From an uncultured Actinomycetota bacterium (GTDB lineage Bacteria > Actinomycetota > Actinomycetes > Mycobacteriales > SCTD01): 64,000 bases of DNA. The position numbers and the translations under genes are program-made. Within the stretch, counting starts at the first letter, position 1. Every line of letters begins with the position of its first letter. The notes under the pieces are model-generated. The model saw nothing but the letters and a program-made list of their open reading frames with translations, ran no database searches and was not told the origin of the DNA. This document shows, in pieces, positions 40,835 to 50,739 of the stretch. The stretch lies in the NCBI GenBank assembly GCA_963761695.1, contig CAVXIB010000016.1, positions 229,858 to 293,857 of the forward strand. Reading direction: 5' to 3'.

Positions 40835-41206
40835 CCTGCCGGCCGGTTGCGCGACGTTCTGCACCCACTGGGCAGGTCGGCCGGCCCCACGCGTCCCGGC
40901 TGGCCTGCCGGTTGCGCGACGTTCTGCACCCACTGGGCAGGTCGGCCGGTCCCACGCGTCCCGGCTGGCCTCACCAGTCCCAGGAACCCCGCGGGTGGGT
41001 GCAGTCCGTCGCGCACCGCGGCGGGAACGTCCCCCGGGAGCGGGGCACAGGGCCCGGACCCGCTGGCGAGTCCGCCCACACGAGACCTACCGGCCGGTTG
41101 CGCGACGTTCTGCACCCACTCGGCAGGTCGGGCGGCCCCACGCGTCCCGGCTGGCCTCACCAGTCCCAGCAACCCCGCGGGTGGGTGCAATCCGTCGCGC
41201 ATCGCG
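40835..41206. repeat. repeat array B: about 118-bp units bounded by 21-bp imperfect inverted repeats (2 full copies plus 1 left-half copy)
   Basis: The left arm TTGCGCGACGTTCTGCACCCAC is at 40847, 40912 and 41098. The right arm GTGGGTGCA(g/a)TCCGTCGCGCA is at 40995 and 41181. Copy 1 (40835-40903) lacks the right arm and abuts copy 2 (40904-41020). A 65-bp unique spacer precedes copy 3 (41086-41206). Confidence 0.85.
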
Positions 41207-41251
41207 CCGCAACCGCGGCCGCGCGAGGAGGCCGCGCGTACAAGCTCCGAC

Positions 41252-41833
41252 CTAGGCGGCGCTGCCGTGGAAGGTGTTCTGCGCCGCCTCGAGCGTGCCG
41301 GTGAGGAGCGCCTCCACGGCGTCCGCGGTCCGGTCGACGTGGAAGGGCAGCTCCTTGCGCTCGACCGTGCCGAAGTCCTTCAGCACGTAGTCGGCCGGGT
41401 CCTGCCGTCCGGGGGGCCGGCCGATGCCGAACCGCACCCGCAGGTACTCCTTGCTGCCGAGCGAACGGGTGATGCTCTTGAGCCCGTTGTGGCCGCCGTC
41501 GCCCCCGCCCTGCTTGAGCCGCAGCACGCCGTAGTCGACGTCGAGCTCGTCGTGCACGACGACCAGGCGGTCGACCGGCACCTTGAAGAACCCCGAGACG
41601 GAGGCCACCGGCCCGCCGGACTCGTTCATGTAGCACTTGGGCTTCGCCAGGACGACCCGCTGACCGGCCAGCCGCCCCTCGACGACGTCGGCCCGGCCCT
41701 TGTGGGCCTTGAACCTGCCGCCGACCCGCTCACCGAGCAGGTCCAGGACCATGAAGCCGGCGTTGTGCCGGTTGCCCGCATAGGCGGGACCGGGGTTGCC
41801 GAGGCCGACGACGAGCCAGACGTCGTCGGCCAC
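41252..41833 (-). CDS. pth: peptidyl-tRNA hydrolase
   Basis: GTG 41833 in ORF 41252..42535: [55 protein letters not shown].. Confidence 0.92.
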   Translation of the reverse strand: MADDVWLVVGLGNPGPAYAGNRHNAGFMVLDLLGERVGGRFKAHKGRADVVEGRLAGQRVVLAKPKCYMNESGGPVASVSGFFKVPVDRLVVVHDELDVDYGVLRLKQGGGDGGHNGLKSITRSLGSKEYLRVRFGIGRPPGRQDPADYVLKDFGTVERKELPFHVDRTADAVEALLTGTLEAAQNTFHGSAA

Positions 41834-41859
41834 GGCAGGAACTCCCTGGGGAGAGGCGG

Positions 41860-42535
41860 TCAGGCCTCGGTCTCGGCAGCGGCCTCGCTCGGCCTCGGCG
41901 GCGGCGATGTCGGCGTCGGAGTCGGCCCCGGTGTCGGTGCTGCCCGCGCCGGTCTCGGCGTCGGACTCGGCCAGCTCGGCCTCGACCTCCTCGGCCGTCG
42001 GCGCGCCGCTGGCCTGGACGATGACCAGCTCGGGGGCGGCCATCAGCGTCATGCCGGCGGGCAGCTTCACGTCGGCGGCGGCGATCGGGCGGCCGACGGC
42101 GAGCTTGGAGATGTCGATCTCGATCGACTCCGGCAGGCTGGTGGCGTCGGCCTCGACGGACAGCGCGGTGGTCTGCAGCTCGACGATGACGTCGCCCTTG
42201 GCGTCGCCCACGAGCGTGACGGGCACCTCGACGGTGACCTTCTCACCGGTGCGGACGGCCACGAAGTCCACGTGCGACAGGAAGCCCTTGATCGGGTCGC
42301 GGACGATCGCCTTCGGCAGCGCGAGCTGCTCGCCCTCGGCGGTCTGCAGCGCGATCAGCGCGTTCGGGTCGTGCCGCAGCGCCAGCATGAGGTCGTGACC
42401 CGGCAGGGTGAAGTGACGGGGAGCGTCGCCGTGGCCGTAGAGCACCACCGGCACCTTGTTGGCCTTGCGGATACGCCGCGACGGACCCTTGCCGAACTCG
42501 GTGCGAGGCTCGGCGGTGATGCGGACTCCGGACAC
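41860..42535 (-). pseudogene. rplY: 50S ribosomal protein L25 (Ctc form); frame break near 41885 removes the natural stop as assembled
   Basis: [36 protein letters not shown].. is intact up to the acidic tail ..ADIAAAEAE. The track frame then reads straight through into pth. Shifting one nucleotide gives EEAAAETEA with the stop at 41860-41862. Confidence 0.85.
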
Positions 42536-42760
42536 GGTGGGACTCTCCTCGAGCGGTGCGCAGCGACGAAGCTGCGCGCAGGGACTGCGGATGGACTGAG
42601 GGTGTTTCGGGCCGGTCGCGGCGACGGAGTGGAGGGTCGCGGCGACGGCACAGGGCGCAGCGGACGAGTCTAGCGGGTCGCCCGGGCGGGCTCGACGCGC
42701 CGGGGCGTCCGCCGTCGTCAGGGGGGCGGGGCCGGTGTCGGGGCCGGACCACGCCCCCGC

Positions 42761-43738
42761 TCAGGCGGCGCCGTCGAACAGGCTGGTGACCGAGCCGTCC
42801 TCGAACACCTCGCTGATGGCGCGGCCGAGCAGCGGGGCGATCGACAGCACGGTGAGGCCGTCGAAGCGCTTCTCGTCGGCGATCGGCAGCGTGTCGGTGA
42901 TGACCGTCTCGCTGATCCGGCTGTCGCGGAGGCGGTCGATGGCGGGCCCGGACAGCACGGCGTGGGTCGCCGTGACGATCACGTCGGCGGCGCCGTTCTC
43001 GAACAGCAGCTCGGCGGCCTTGGTGATGGTGCCGCCGGTGTCGATCATGTCGTCGACGAGGATGCAGGTCTTGCCGGCCACCTGGCCGACCACCTCGCCG
43101 ACCTTCACCTCGTTCGGCACGTTCGGGTCGCGGCGCTTGTGGATGATGGCCAGGCCGCAGCCCAGGCGGTCGGTCCAGCGCTCGGCCACGCGCACGCGGC
43201 CGGCGTCGGGGCTGACGACGACGAGGTCGCGGTCGCCCCACCGGGCCTGCACGTGGTCGGCGAGCAGGGGCAGCGCGAACAGGTGGTCGACCGGGCCGTC
43301 GAAGAAGCCCTGGATCTGCGCGGTGTGCAGGTCGACGGTCATGAGGCGGTCGGCGCCGGCGGTCTTGAACAGGTCGGCGATGAGGCGGGCGCTGATGGGC
43401 TCGCGGCCGCGGTGCTTCTTGTCCTGGCGGGCGTAGGGATAGAAGGGCATGACCACGGTGATCCGCTTGGCCGAGGCGCGCTTGAGCGCGTCGACCATGA
43501 GCAGCTGCTCCATCACCCAGGTGTTGATGGCGTTGGCGTGGCTCTGCAGCACGAAGGCGTCGCAGCCGCGCACCGACTCCTCGAAGCGCACGAAGATCTC
43601 ACCGTTGGCGAACTCGTAGGCACTGGTGGGGACGGGCTGCACGCCCAGCTCGTCGGCGACGCGGGCGGCCAGCTCGGGGAACGCCCGGCCGGTGAACAGC
43701 ATGAGGTTCTTGCGGCTGTCGATGGTCAGGCCGGTCAC
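42761..43738 (-). CDS. prs: ribose-phosphate diphosphokinase
   Basis: Intact 325-aa ORF: ..[54 protein letters not shown].. Confidence 0.95.
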   Translation of the reverse strand: MTGLTIDSRKNLMLFTGRAFPELAARVADELGVQPVPTSAYEFANGEIFVRFEESVRGCDAFVLQSHANAINTWVMEQLLMVDALKRASAKRITVVMPFYPYARQDKKHRGREPISARLIADLFKTAGADRLMTVDLHTAQIQGFFDGPVDHLFALPLLADHVQARWGDRDLVVVSPDAGRVRVAERWTDRLGCGLAIIHKRRDPNVPNEVKVGEVVGQVAGKTCILVDDMIDTGGTITKAAELLFENGAADVIVTATHAVLSGPAIDRLRDSRISETVITDTLPIADEKRFDGLTVLSIAPLLGRAISEVFEDGSVTSLFDGAA

Positions 43739-45147
43739 TGCTGCTCCTGGGGATCGCGAGTGGGCGTGGGGCGGGTGCGGTCGACCCAGCCCTCGATGTT
43801 GCGCTGGCGGGCCCGCCCGACGCCGAGCGCCCCTGCGGGCACGTCCTGGGTGATGACCGACCCGGCGGCGGTGTAGGCACGGTCGCCGACCTCGACCGGG
43901 GCGACGAGCATGGTGTCGCTGCCGATCCGGACGTCGTCGCCGACCGTGGTGCGGTGCTTGGCCCGGCCGTCGTAGTTGACGAACACCGTCGCGGCCCCGA
44001 TGTTGCTGCGCTCACCGATGACCGCGTCGCCGACGTAGGACAGGTGGGGCACCTTGCTGCCCGCGCCGACGCGGCTGGCCTTGATCTCGACGTAGGCGCC
44101 GGCCTTGCTGTCCGGTCCGAGCACGGTGCCGGGCCGCAGGTAGGTGAACGGGCCGACGGTCGCACCGGCCCCGATGACGGCGCCGTCGGCGTGGGTGCGC
44201 ACCACGCTGGCATCCGGACCGACGGTCGTGTCGGTCAGCGTGCTGTCCGGCCCGACCACGGCGCCGCGCCCGACGACGGTCGCACCGTGCAGCTGTACGT
44301 GGGGGCGCACCGTGCAGTCCGGCTCGAGCACCACGTCGGCGTCGATCCAGACCGTCTGGGGGTCGATCACCGCGACGCCGGCGAGCTGGTGGCGGCGCAC
44401 GATCCGGTCGCGCAGGACGCGGGCGGCGTCGGCGAGCTGCACCCGGTCGTTGACCCCGGCCGTCTCGGCGGCGTCGGCAGCGACCTGTGCGGCGACGACC
44501 AGGCCGGCCCGGCGGTGCAGGCCGACGACGTCGGGCAGGTAGTGCTCGCCCTGGGCGTTGTCGGTGGACAACCCGCCGAGGGCCGTGCGCAGGTGGCCCG
44601 CGTCGAAGGCGTAGACGCCGGTGGCGACCTCGTCGATCTGCAGCTCGCCGGCGTCGGCGTCCTTGTGCTCGACGACCCGTGCCACGCCGTCGCCCTCGCG
44701 GACCACCCGCCCGTAGCCGGTGGGGTCGGCCAGCACGGCCGTCAGCAGCGTGGTGGCGGCGCCTGCCCGCTGGTGCTCCGCGACGAGCGCCGCGAGGGTC
44801 TCGGGGGTGAGCAGGGGCGCGTCGCCCGGGGTCACGACCACGGTCCCGGTCAGGCCGGCTATCGCCTCGAGGGCGACCCGCACCGCCGAGCCGGTGCCGT
44901 CCTGGCGCTCCTGCACGACGGCCAGGGCGTCCGGGTCGAGCGCGGACAGGTGTGCGGTGACCTGCTCCCGGGCGTGCCCGACGACGACGACGAGGTGCTC
45001 GGGGGCCAGCGCACGGGCTGTGGCCACGACGTGGCCGAGCATGCTGCGGCCGCCGAGCGCGTGGAGCACCTTGGGGGTGGCGCTGCGCATGCGGGTGCCC
45101 TCCCCGGCGGCGAGCACGACGACCGCCGCGGGGCGCGCGTCGGTCAC
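43735..45147 (-). CDS. glmU: bifunctional UDP-N-acetylglucosamine diphosphorylase / glucosamine-1-phosphate N-acetyltransferase
   Basis: Intact 470-aa ORF: ..[21 protein letters not shown].. followed by hexapeptide-repeat C-terminal beta-helix sequence. A GTGA overlap joins it to the prs start. Confidence 0.93.
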   Translation of the reverse strand: MTDARPAAVVVLAAGEGTRMRSATPKVLHALGGRSMLGHVVATARALAPEHLVVVVGHAREQVTAHLSALDPDALAVVQERQDGTGSAVRVALEAIAGLTGTVVVTPGDAPLLTPETLAALVAEHQRAGAATTLLTAVLADPTGYGRVVREGDGVARVVEHKDADAGELQIDEVATGVYAFDAGHLRTALGGLSTDNAQGEHYLPDVVGLHRRAGLVVAAQVAADAAETAGVNDRVQLADAARVLRDRIVRRHQLAGVAVIDPQTVWIDADVVLEPDCTVRPHVQLHGATVVGRGAVVGPDSTLTDTTVGPDASVVRTHADGAVIGAGATVGPFTYLRPGTVLGPDSKAGAYVEIKASRVGAGSKVPHLSYVGDAVIGERSNIGAATVFVNYDGRAKHRTTVGDDVRIGSDTMLVAPVEVGDRAYTAAGSVITQDVPAGALGVGRARQRNIEGWVDRTRPTPTRDPQEQQ

Positions 45148-45230
45148 GGGGTGCTCCTCGCGGGCGGTGGGGTGGGCGCCGGAACCGGCAGGAGGAGACT
45201 ACCGGCGCGCGGACCGCCGGTGCGGAGCAG

Positions 45231-45303
45231 TTCCGCTGCCTGGACTCGAACCAGGATCGCATGGCACCAAAGGCCAGCAGGTTGCCGATTACCCCACAGC
45301 GGA
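45231..45303 (-). tRNA. tRNA-Gln (anticodon UUG)
   Basis: Reverse complement: TCCGCTGTGGGGTAATCGGCAACCTGCTGGCCTTTGGTGCCATGCGATCCTGGTTCGAGTCCAGGCAGCGGAA. It has a perfect 7-bp acceptor stem with U1-A72, anticodon loop CTTTGGT, and T-arm CCTGG-TTCGAGT-CCAGG. Confidence 0.8.
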
Positions 45304-45375
45304 CCGGTCCGGCGGGCGGCCCGTCCCCCGAGGCTACGAGATCGGGACGCCGAGGGTGGTCCGCCGGGCGCAAGT

Positions 45376-45408
45376 GGTTACGGCAGCGTAGGTTACGGTC
45401 TCGTAACC
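45376..45408. promoter_or_regulatory. candidate TetR operator pair upstream of the desaturase: GGTTACGgcagCGTAG and GGTTACGgtctCGTAACC
   Basis: Read directly. GGTTACGG occurs at 45376 and 45391 (15-bp spacing). The second site is a perfect 7+7 inverted repeat with a 4-nt spacer ending at 45408, 39 nt before the desaturase GTG. Confidence 0.45.
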
Positions 45409-45446
45409 CCTCGACGAGCCGTCCCGGACCCAGCGGAGCCCGACCT

Positions 45447-46469
45447 GTGACCACCACCCCCGTCACGCGCGCCCTCGGCGGCAACGCCGGTGACCCCGGC
45501 GCGCCCACCACGACGATCGACGTCGTCGAGGACGTCTCCCGGCCGATGCAGGCGGTTCCCAAGGGCCTGCTGCGGGCGCGGGCCGAGCAGTGGGCGCTCG
45601 CCGCCTTCATCGCCGTCCCGTTCGCCTGCGTGCTCGCCGGAGCGGTCGTCGCCTGGGGCGGCTACCTGTCCTGGCGCGACGTCGTCGTGTCCGCCGTCTT
45701 CTACGCGTTCACCGGGCACGGGATCACCGTCGGCTTCCACCGCTACTTCACGCACGGCTCGTTCAAGGCCGGCCGCGGCACCCGGATCGCCCTGGCGGTC
45801 GCCGGCTCGATGGCGGTGGAGGGACCGGTCACCCGGTGGGTGGCCGACCACCGCCGGCACCACGCCTACAGCGACAAGGACGGCGACCCGCACAGCCCGT
45901 GGCGGTACGGCGAGAGCTTCGGCGCCCTCACCAAGGGGCTGTGGCACGCGCACATCGGGTGGCTGTTCGACGTCGAGCAGACCGACCAGAACCGCTTCGC
46001 GCCCGACCTGCTCGCGGACCGCGACGTCGCCCGGGTGAACGCCCTGTTCCCGCTGTGGGTGACGCTCAGCCTGGGTCTGCCGGCGGCTGCCGGCGCGGGC
46101 CTGGCGGCGCTGACCGGCAACGACGTCGTCCTCGGCGCGGCCACGGCCTTCTTCTGGGGGAGCCTGGTGCGGATGGCCGTGCTGCACCACGCCACCTGGT
46201 CGATCAACTCGATCTGCCACACCTTCGGCGAGCGGCCCTTCACCACCCGAGACCGCAGCAGCAACGTCTGGGCACTGGCCGTGCTGTCCATGGGCGAGAA
46301 CTGGCACAACCTGCACCACGCCGACCCGACGGCGGCCCGGCACGGCGTCGACCGCTTCCAGTTCGACAGCAGCGCCGAGCTGATCCGCGGGCTCGAGAAG
46401 CTCGGGCTGGCGACCGACGTGCGCTGGCCCAGCGCCGCGCGCCTGGCGGCCCGCCGGGTGACGACCTGA
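45447..46469 (+). CDS. acyl-CoA (stearoyl-CoA-type) fatty acid desaturase
   Basis: In-frame GTG 45447 in ORF 45261..46469. His boxes: GFHRYFTH, HRRHHAYSD, and ..NWHNLHHADP near the C-terminus. Confidence 0.85.
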   Translation: MTTTPVTRALGGNAGDPGAPTTTIDVVEDVSRPMQAVPKGLLRARAEQWALAAFIAVPFACVLAGAVVAWGGYLSWRDVVVSAVFYAFTGHGITVGFHRYFTHGSFKAGRGTRIALAVAGSMAVEGPVTRWVADHRRHHAYSDKDGDPHSPWRYGESFGALTKGLWHAHIGWLFDVEQTDQNRFAPDLLADRDVARVNALFPLWVTLSLGLPAAAGAGLAALTGNDVVLGAATAFFWGSLVRMAVLHHATWSINSICHTFGERPFTTRDRSSNVWALAVLSMGENWHNLHHADPTAARHGVDRFQFDSSAELIRGLEKLGLATDVRWPSAARLAARRVTT

Positions 46470-46498
46470 CGGTCACCACTCCCGCCCCGCGACGGCGG

Positions 46499-47093
46499 AT
46501 GACCGGACCCGAGCGACGCGAGCAGCTGCTCGACGTCGGGCGTTCGCTGTTCGCCGAGCGCGGCTACGACGGCACCTCCGTGGAGGAGGTCGCGGCCCGC
46601 GCCGGGGTGTCCAAGCCGGTCGTCTACGAGCACTTCGGCGGCAAGGAGGGGCTCTACGCCGTAGTCGTCGACCGCGAGGTGCGGCGGCTGCTCACCCGCT
46701 TCACGGGGGCGCTGCTCGGCCGACCGTCCGCGCGAGCTGCTCGAGCAGGCGACCCTCGCGCTGCTGACCTACGTCGAGGACTGCGCGGACGGGTTCCGCA
46801 TCCTCGTCCGCGAGGCGCCGGTGGGTCAGGAGACCGCCGGGGGCTTCGGCACGATCATCAGCGACGTCGCCCAGCAGGTCGAGCACATCCTCGCCGCCAC
46901 GTTCCTGGCCCGCGGCCTCACCACGACACCGGCGCCGCTGTACTCCCAGGCGCTGGTCGGCCAGGTGGCGCTCGTCGGCCAGTGGTGGCTCGACCACCGG
47001 GAGATGTCGCGCGACGAGGTCGCCTCGCACCTGGTCAACCTCGCCTGGAACGGTCTGGCGCACCTGGAGACCGACCCGCGGCTGCGCCGCTGA
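46499..47093 (+). pseudogene. TetR family transcriptional regulator; frame break(s) near 46720-46800
   Basis: ATG 46499 gives MTGPERREQLLDVGRSLFAERGYDGTSVEEVAARAGVSKPVVYEHFGGKEGLY (HTH). The C-part is ORF 46821..47093 (..QVALVGQWWLDHREMSRDEVASHLVNLAWNGLAHL). The length of 595 nt is not a multiple of 3. Confidence 0.8.
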
Positions 47094-47117
47094 CGGGTCC
47101 GGGGCAGGCTCCTCGAC

Positions 47118-47633
47118 ATGACGTCGCCCGCCACCTCGTCCCCGCTGACGCTCTCGGTCAACGGGGCCCCGCACGACCTCGAGCTCGATCACCGCACCAC
47201 CCTGCTCGACGCCCTGCGTGAGCACCTGGGGCTCACGGGGACGAAGAAGGGCTGCGACCACGGCCAGTGCGGGGCCTGCACGGTGCTGCTCGACGGTCGC
47301 CGGGTGAACTCCTGCCTCACCCTGGCCGTGCAGGTGCGCGGTCGCGAGGTCACCACGGTGGAGGGTCTCGGCGCCCCCGACCACCTGCACCCGCTGCAGC
47401 AGGCGTTCCTCGACGCCGACGCCCTGCAGTGCGGCTACTGCACCAGCGGGCAGCTGATGAGCGCGATCGCCGTCCAGCAGGAGGCCCGCGAGGGATGGCC
47501 CAGCGTCGTCACCGACGACCTCGCCCGCACCGGCCCGGTGGCGCTCGACGACGACGAGGTCCGCGAGCGGATGTCGGGCAACCTGTGCCGCTGCGGCGCG
47601 TACCCCGGCATCACGGCCGCGGTGCAGGCGTGA
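47118..47633 (+). CDS. (2Fe-2S)-binding small subunit of a xanthine dehydrogenase/aldehyde oxidase-family molybdoenzyme
   Basis: Intact 171-aa ORF: ..GTKKGCDHGQCGACTVLLDGRRVNSC.. and ..LQCGYCTSGQLM..NLCRCGAYPGI. Confidence 0.9.
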   Translation: MTSPATSSPLTLSVNGAPHDLELDHRTTLLDALREHLGLTGTKKGCDHGQCGACTVLLDGRRVNSCLTLAVQVRGREVTTVEGLGAPDHLHPLQQAFLDADALQCGYCTSGQLMSAIAVQQEAREGWPSVVTDDLARTGPVALDDDEVRERMSGNLCRCGAYPGITAAVQA

Positions 47634-48616
47634 GGGCCCTGCAGTACGCCGCCCCCGCCGACGTCGCGTCGGCCGTGGCCCTGCTGGCCCGCCCCGGCTC
47701 CGCCGCGATCGCGGGTGGCACCAACCTCGTCGACCTGCTCAAGCTCGGCGTCGCCACGCCCGACCTGCTGGTCGACGTCGACGCCCTCGACCTGGCCGGC
47801 GTCGAGGACACCGACGACGGCGGCCTGCGCATCGGCGCGGGCACGCGCGGCAGCGACCTGGCCGCCGACCTGCGCGTGCGCACCCGCTACCCGGTGCTCG
47901 CCCGGGCCCTGCTGTCGGCCGCGTCGGGCCAGCTGCGCAACGCCGCCAGCACCGGCGGCAACCTGCTGCAGCGCACCCGCTGCACCTACTTCACCGACCC
48001 GACCAAGGCGTGCAACAAGCGCGAGCCCGGCAGCGGCTGCCCCGCCGTCGACGGGCTGTCGCGCAACCTGGCCATCCTCGGTGCGTCCGGGCAGTGCCTG
48101 GCCACCCATCCCGGCGACATGTCGGTGGCACTCGCGGCGCTCGACGCGACGGTGCACGCCGAGACGACGGGCGGTCCACTGGCCATCCCGATGGCGCGGT
48201 TCCACCGGCTGCCCGGGGACGCCCCGCAGCACGACACCACCCTGCCGGCCGGGGCCGTCATCACGGCGGTGTCGCTGCCGCCGCCGCTGGCCGGGGCGAC
48301 GTCGACCTACCGCAAGGCCCGCGACCGGGCCTCCTACGCCTTCGCCCTGGTCAGCGTGGCCGCGGTCCTGGTCGTGGACGACGGCGTCGTCCGCGACGTC
48401 CGGCTGGCCCTCGGCGGCGTCGCGCACAAGCCGTGGCGCGCCACACTGGCCGAGCAGGCGCTGGTCGGCGGCCCCGCGACGGCGGCGTCCTTCCGGGCCG
48501 CAGCCGACCTCGAGCTGGCACCGGCGAGGCCGACGCCGGAGAACGCGTTCAAGGTCCCGCTGGCCCGGCGGCTGCTGGTGGGGACCCTGCTCGAGCTGAC
48601 CGGGGCCGACCAGTGA
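47630..48616 (+). CDS. FAD-binding (CoxM/XdhB-like) subunit of the molybdoenzyme
   Basis: GTG 47630 overlaps the previous stop. Sequence: ..AIAGGTNLVDLLKLGV..LRIGAGTRGSDL..ASGQLRNAASTGGNLLQRTRC.. Confidence 0.85.
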   Translation: MRALQYAAPADVASAVALLARPGSAAIAGGTNLVDLLKLGVATPDLLVDVDALDLAGVEDTDDGGLRIGAGTRGSDLAADLRVRTRYPVLARALLSAASGQLRNAASTGGNLLQRTRCTYFTDPTKACNKREPGSGCPAVDGLSRNLAILGASGQCLATHPGDMSVALAALDATVHAETTGGPLAIPMARFHRLPGDAPQHDTTLPAGAVITAVSLPPPLAGATSTYRKARDRASYAFALVSVAAVLVVDDGVVRDVRLALGGVAHKPWRATLAEQALVGGPATAASFRAAADLELAPARPTPENAFKVPLARRLLVGTLLELTGADQ

Positions 48617-50709
48617 CGCCCCGAACCGCTCCGGCCATCGGCACGTCGCCCACCCGCGACGACGGCCCGGACAAGGTCACCGGCCGGGCCCGGTACGCCG
48701 CGGAGCAACCGGTCGAGGCCCCGCTGCACGCCTGGCTGGTCCAGGCGCAGGTGGCCGTCGGCCGGGTGGAGGAGGTCGACCACGCGTCCGCACTCGGCGT
48801 CCCGGGGGTCACCCACGTCCTCGACGCCGGCAACGCCCCGCGGCTGCAGACCCACGACGACGGCGAGCTGCTCGTCCTGCAGAGCCCGCGGGTGTCCTAC
48901 CGCGGTCAGGTCGTCGCGATGGTGCTCGCCACCTCGCTCGAGGCGGCCCGGGAGGGCGCCCGGCTGCTGCGGGTGCGCTACGCGCAGGAGGCCCACGACG
49001 TGCGGCTCACCCGCGACCACCCGAAGCTGTACGCCCCGGACGAGGTGAACGCCTCGTTCGCCACCGACGAGGGCGAGGGCGACCTCGCCGCCGCGCTGGC
49101 CGCCTCGGCGCACGCCGTCGACGTCCGCTACGCGACGCCGGCGCACTTCAACAACCCGATGGAGCCGCACGCCACCACGGCCCGGTGGGACTCCGGTGGT
49201 CGCCTCGTCGTGCACGACTCCACCCAGGGCACCACCGGGGTGAAGCAGGACCTCGCCGCCCTGTTCGGGGTGCCGGAGCAGGACGTGCACGTCCGGGCCC
49301 AGCACGTCGGCGGCGGCTTCGGCGCCAAGGGCAGCACCCGGCCCAACGCCGTCCTCGCCGCGATGGCCGCCCGGGTGAGCGGACGGCCGGTCACGGTCAC
49401 GCTGACCCGCGCGCAGCAGTTCTGCCTCGTCGGCTACCGCACGCCGACGCTGCAGCGCCTGCGCCTCGGCGCCGACGCCGACGGACATCTGACCGCCATC
49501 GGGCACGACGCCGTCGAGCAGACGTCGACGGTGTTCGAGTTCGCGGAGCAGACCAGCGAGGCGACCCGCCACGTCTACCCCTCGGACGCCCGGACGACGA
49601 CGCACCGGCTCGCCGCCCTCGACGTGCCGACCCCCCGCTGGATGCGCGCCCCCGGGGAGGCCCCCGGCATGGTCGGCCTGGAGTGCGCCATGGACGAGCT
49701 CGCCGTCGCGACGGGCCTGGACCCGTTGGAGCTGCGGCTGCGCAACGACACCCAGGTCGACCCGTCGACCGGCCGCCCGTTCAGCAGCCGGCACCTGACC
49801 GAGTGCCTGCGCCGCGGCGCCGAGCTGTTCGGCTGGGCCGGGCGCGACCCCCGGCCGGGAGCGCGGCGCGAGGGCCGCTGGCTGGTCGGCAGCGGCCTGG
49901 CCACGGCGACCTATCCGGTGTACTTCTCGGCCTCCTCGGCCCGGGCCCGACGCGCCGCCGACGGCTCCTTCGAGGTGGGCGTCAACGCCACCGACATCGG
50001 CACCGGTGCCCGCACGGTGCTGAGGCAGATCGCCGCCGACGCGCTCGGGGTCGACCCGTCGCGGGTCCGCCTGGAGGTGGCCGACTCCGACCTGCCCGAC
50101 GCGCCCGGGGCCGGGGGGTCGTCCGGGACCTCCTCGTGGGGGTCTGCCGTCCACAAGGCCTGCTGCGCGCTGGTCTCCAGCCGGTCCGACGAGGTCGTCG
50201 TCGACACCCGCGACGACGTCGAGGCGCAGGCCGAGCTGTCCCGGCACGCCTTCGGCGCCCAGTTCGCCGAGGTCCGCGTCGACCTCGACTCCGGCGAGGT
50301 CCGGGTGCCCCGGATGGTGGGGGTGTTCGCCGTCGGGCGGGTGATCAACCCGCGCACCGCGGCGTCGCAGCTGCGCGGCGGGATGATCATGGGGCTCGGC
50401 ATGGCCCTGCACGAGGGCGGGGAGCTCGACCTTCACTACGGCGACTACGCCAACAGCAACCTGGCCGAGTACCACGTGCCCTCGCACGCCGACATCGGCG
50501 ACCTCACCGTCGAGACCGTCCCCGAGGACGACCGCCGGCTCAACCCGATCGGGACGAAGGGGGTGGGCGAGATCGGCATCGTCGGGTCACCGGCCGCCAT
50601 CCTCAACGCGGTGTGGCATGCAACCGGGGTGCGGGTGCGGGAGCTCCCGTGCACGCCCGACCGCCTGCTGGGCGAGCTGCCCGAGCGAGAGCGCGCCGAC
50701 GGCGCGTAG
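48613..50709 (+). CDS. molybdopterin-binding large subunit of the xanthine dehydrogenase-family enzyme
   Basis: GTG 48613 overlaps the previous stop. Intact over about 698 aa: ..DGPDKVTGRARYAAE..HFNNPMEPHATTARW..GGGFGAKG..DIGTGARTVLRQIAADALGV..KGVGEIGIVGSPAAI.. Confidence 0.88.
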   Translation: MTPRTAPAIGTSPTRDDGPDKVTGRARYAAEQPVEAPLHAWLVQAQVAVGRVEEVDHASALGVPGVTHVLDAGNAPRLQTHDDGELLVLQSPRVSYRGQVVAMVLATSLEAAREGARLLRVRYAQEAHDVRLTRDHPKLYAPDEVNASFATDEGEGDLAAALAASAHAVDVRYATPAHFNNPMEPHATTARWDSGGRLVVHDSTQGTTGVKQDLAALFGVPEQDVHVRAQHVGGGFGAKGSTRPNAVLAAMAARVSGRPVTVTLTRAQQFCLVGYRTPTLQRLRLGADADGHLTAIGHDAVEQTSTVFEFAEQTSEATRHVYPSDARTTTHRLAALDVPTPRWMRAPGEAPGMVGLECAMDELAVATGLDPLELRLRNDTQVDPSTGRPFSSRHLTECLRRGAELFGWAGRDPRPGARREGRWLVGSGLATATYPVYFSASSARARRAADGSFEVGVNATDIGTGARTVLRQIAADALGVDPSRVRLEVADSDLPDAPGAGGSSGTSSWGSAVHKACCALVSSRSDEVVVDTRDDVEAQAELSRHAFGAQFAEVRVDLDSGEVRVPRMVGVFAVGRVINPRTAASQLRGGMIMGLGMALHEGGELDLHYGDYANSNLAEYHVPSHADIGDLTVETVPEDDRRLNPIGTKGVGEIGIVGSPAAILNAVWHATGVRVRELPCTPDRLLGELPERERADGA

Positions 50710-50739
50710 GGTCCGACTCCCCAGCGCCCAGGAGGTCCC

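Noticed and set aside
40835-41206. Insertion sequence or transposon remnant
   Set aside because: There is no transposase or integrase ORF within or beside the element, and the units are far too short for an IS. I could not identify target-site duplications. A MITE-like origin remains possible but unproven.
36802-41304. 1500-aa plus-strand ORF (and similar giants at 70..2511+, 15507..18137+, 40520..42673+, 26974..29250-)
   Set aside because: These are antisense to, or out of frame with, clearly recognisable genes (mfd, FIST/ATPase, metB/cbs, pth/rplY). Their translations are low-complexity Arg/Gly/Pro/Ala strings typical of non-coding frames in high-GC DNA. The one exception is 26974..29250, whose ends coincide with real udgB and DUF501 segments.
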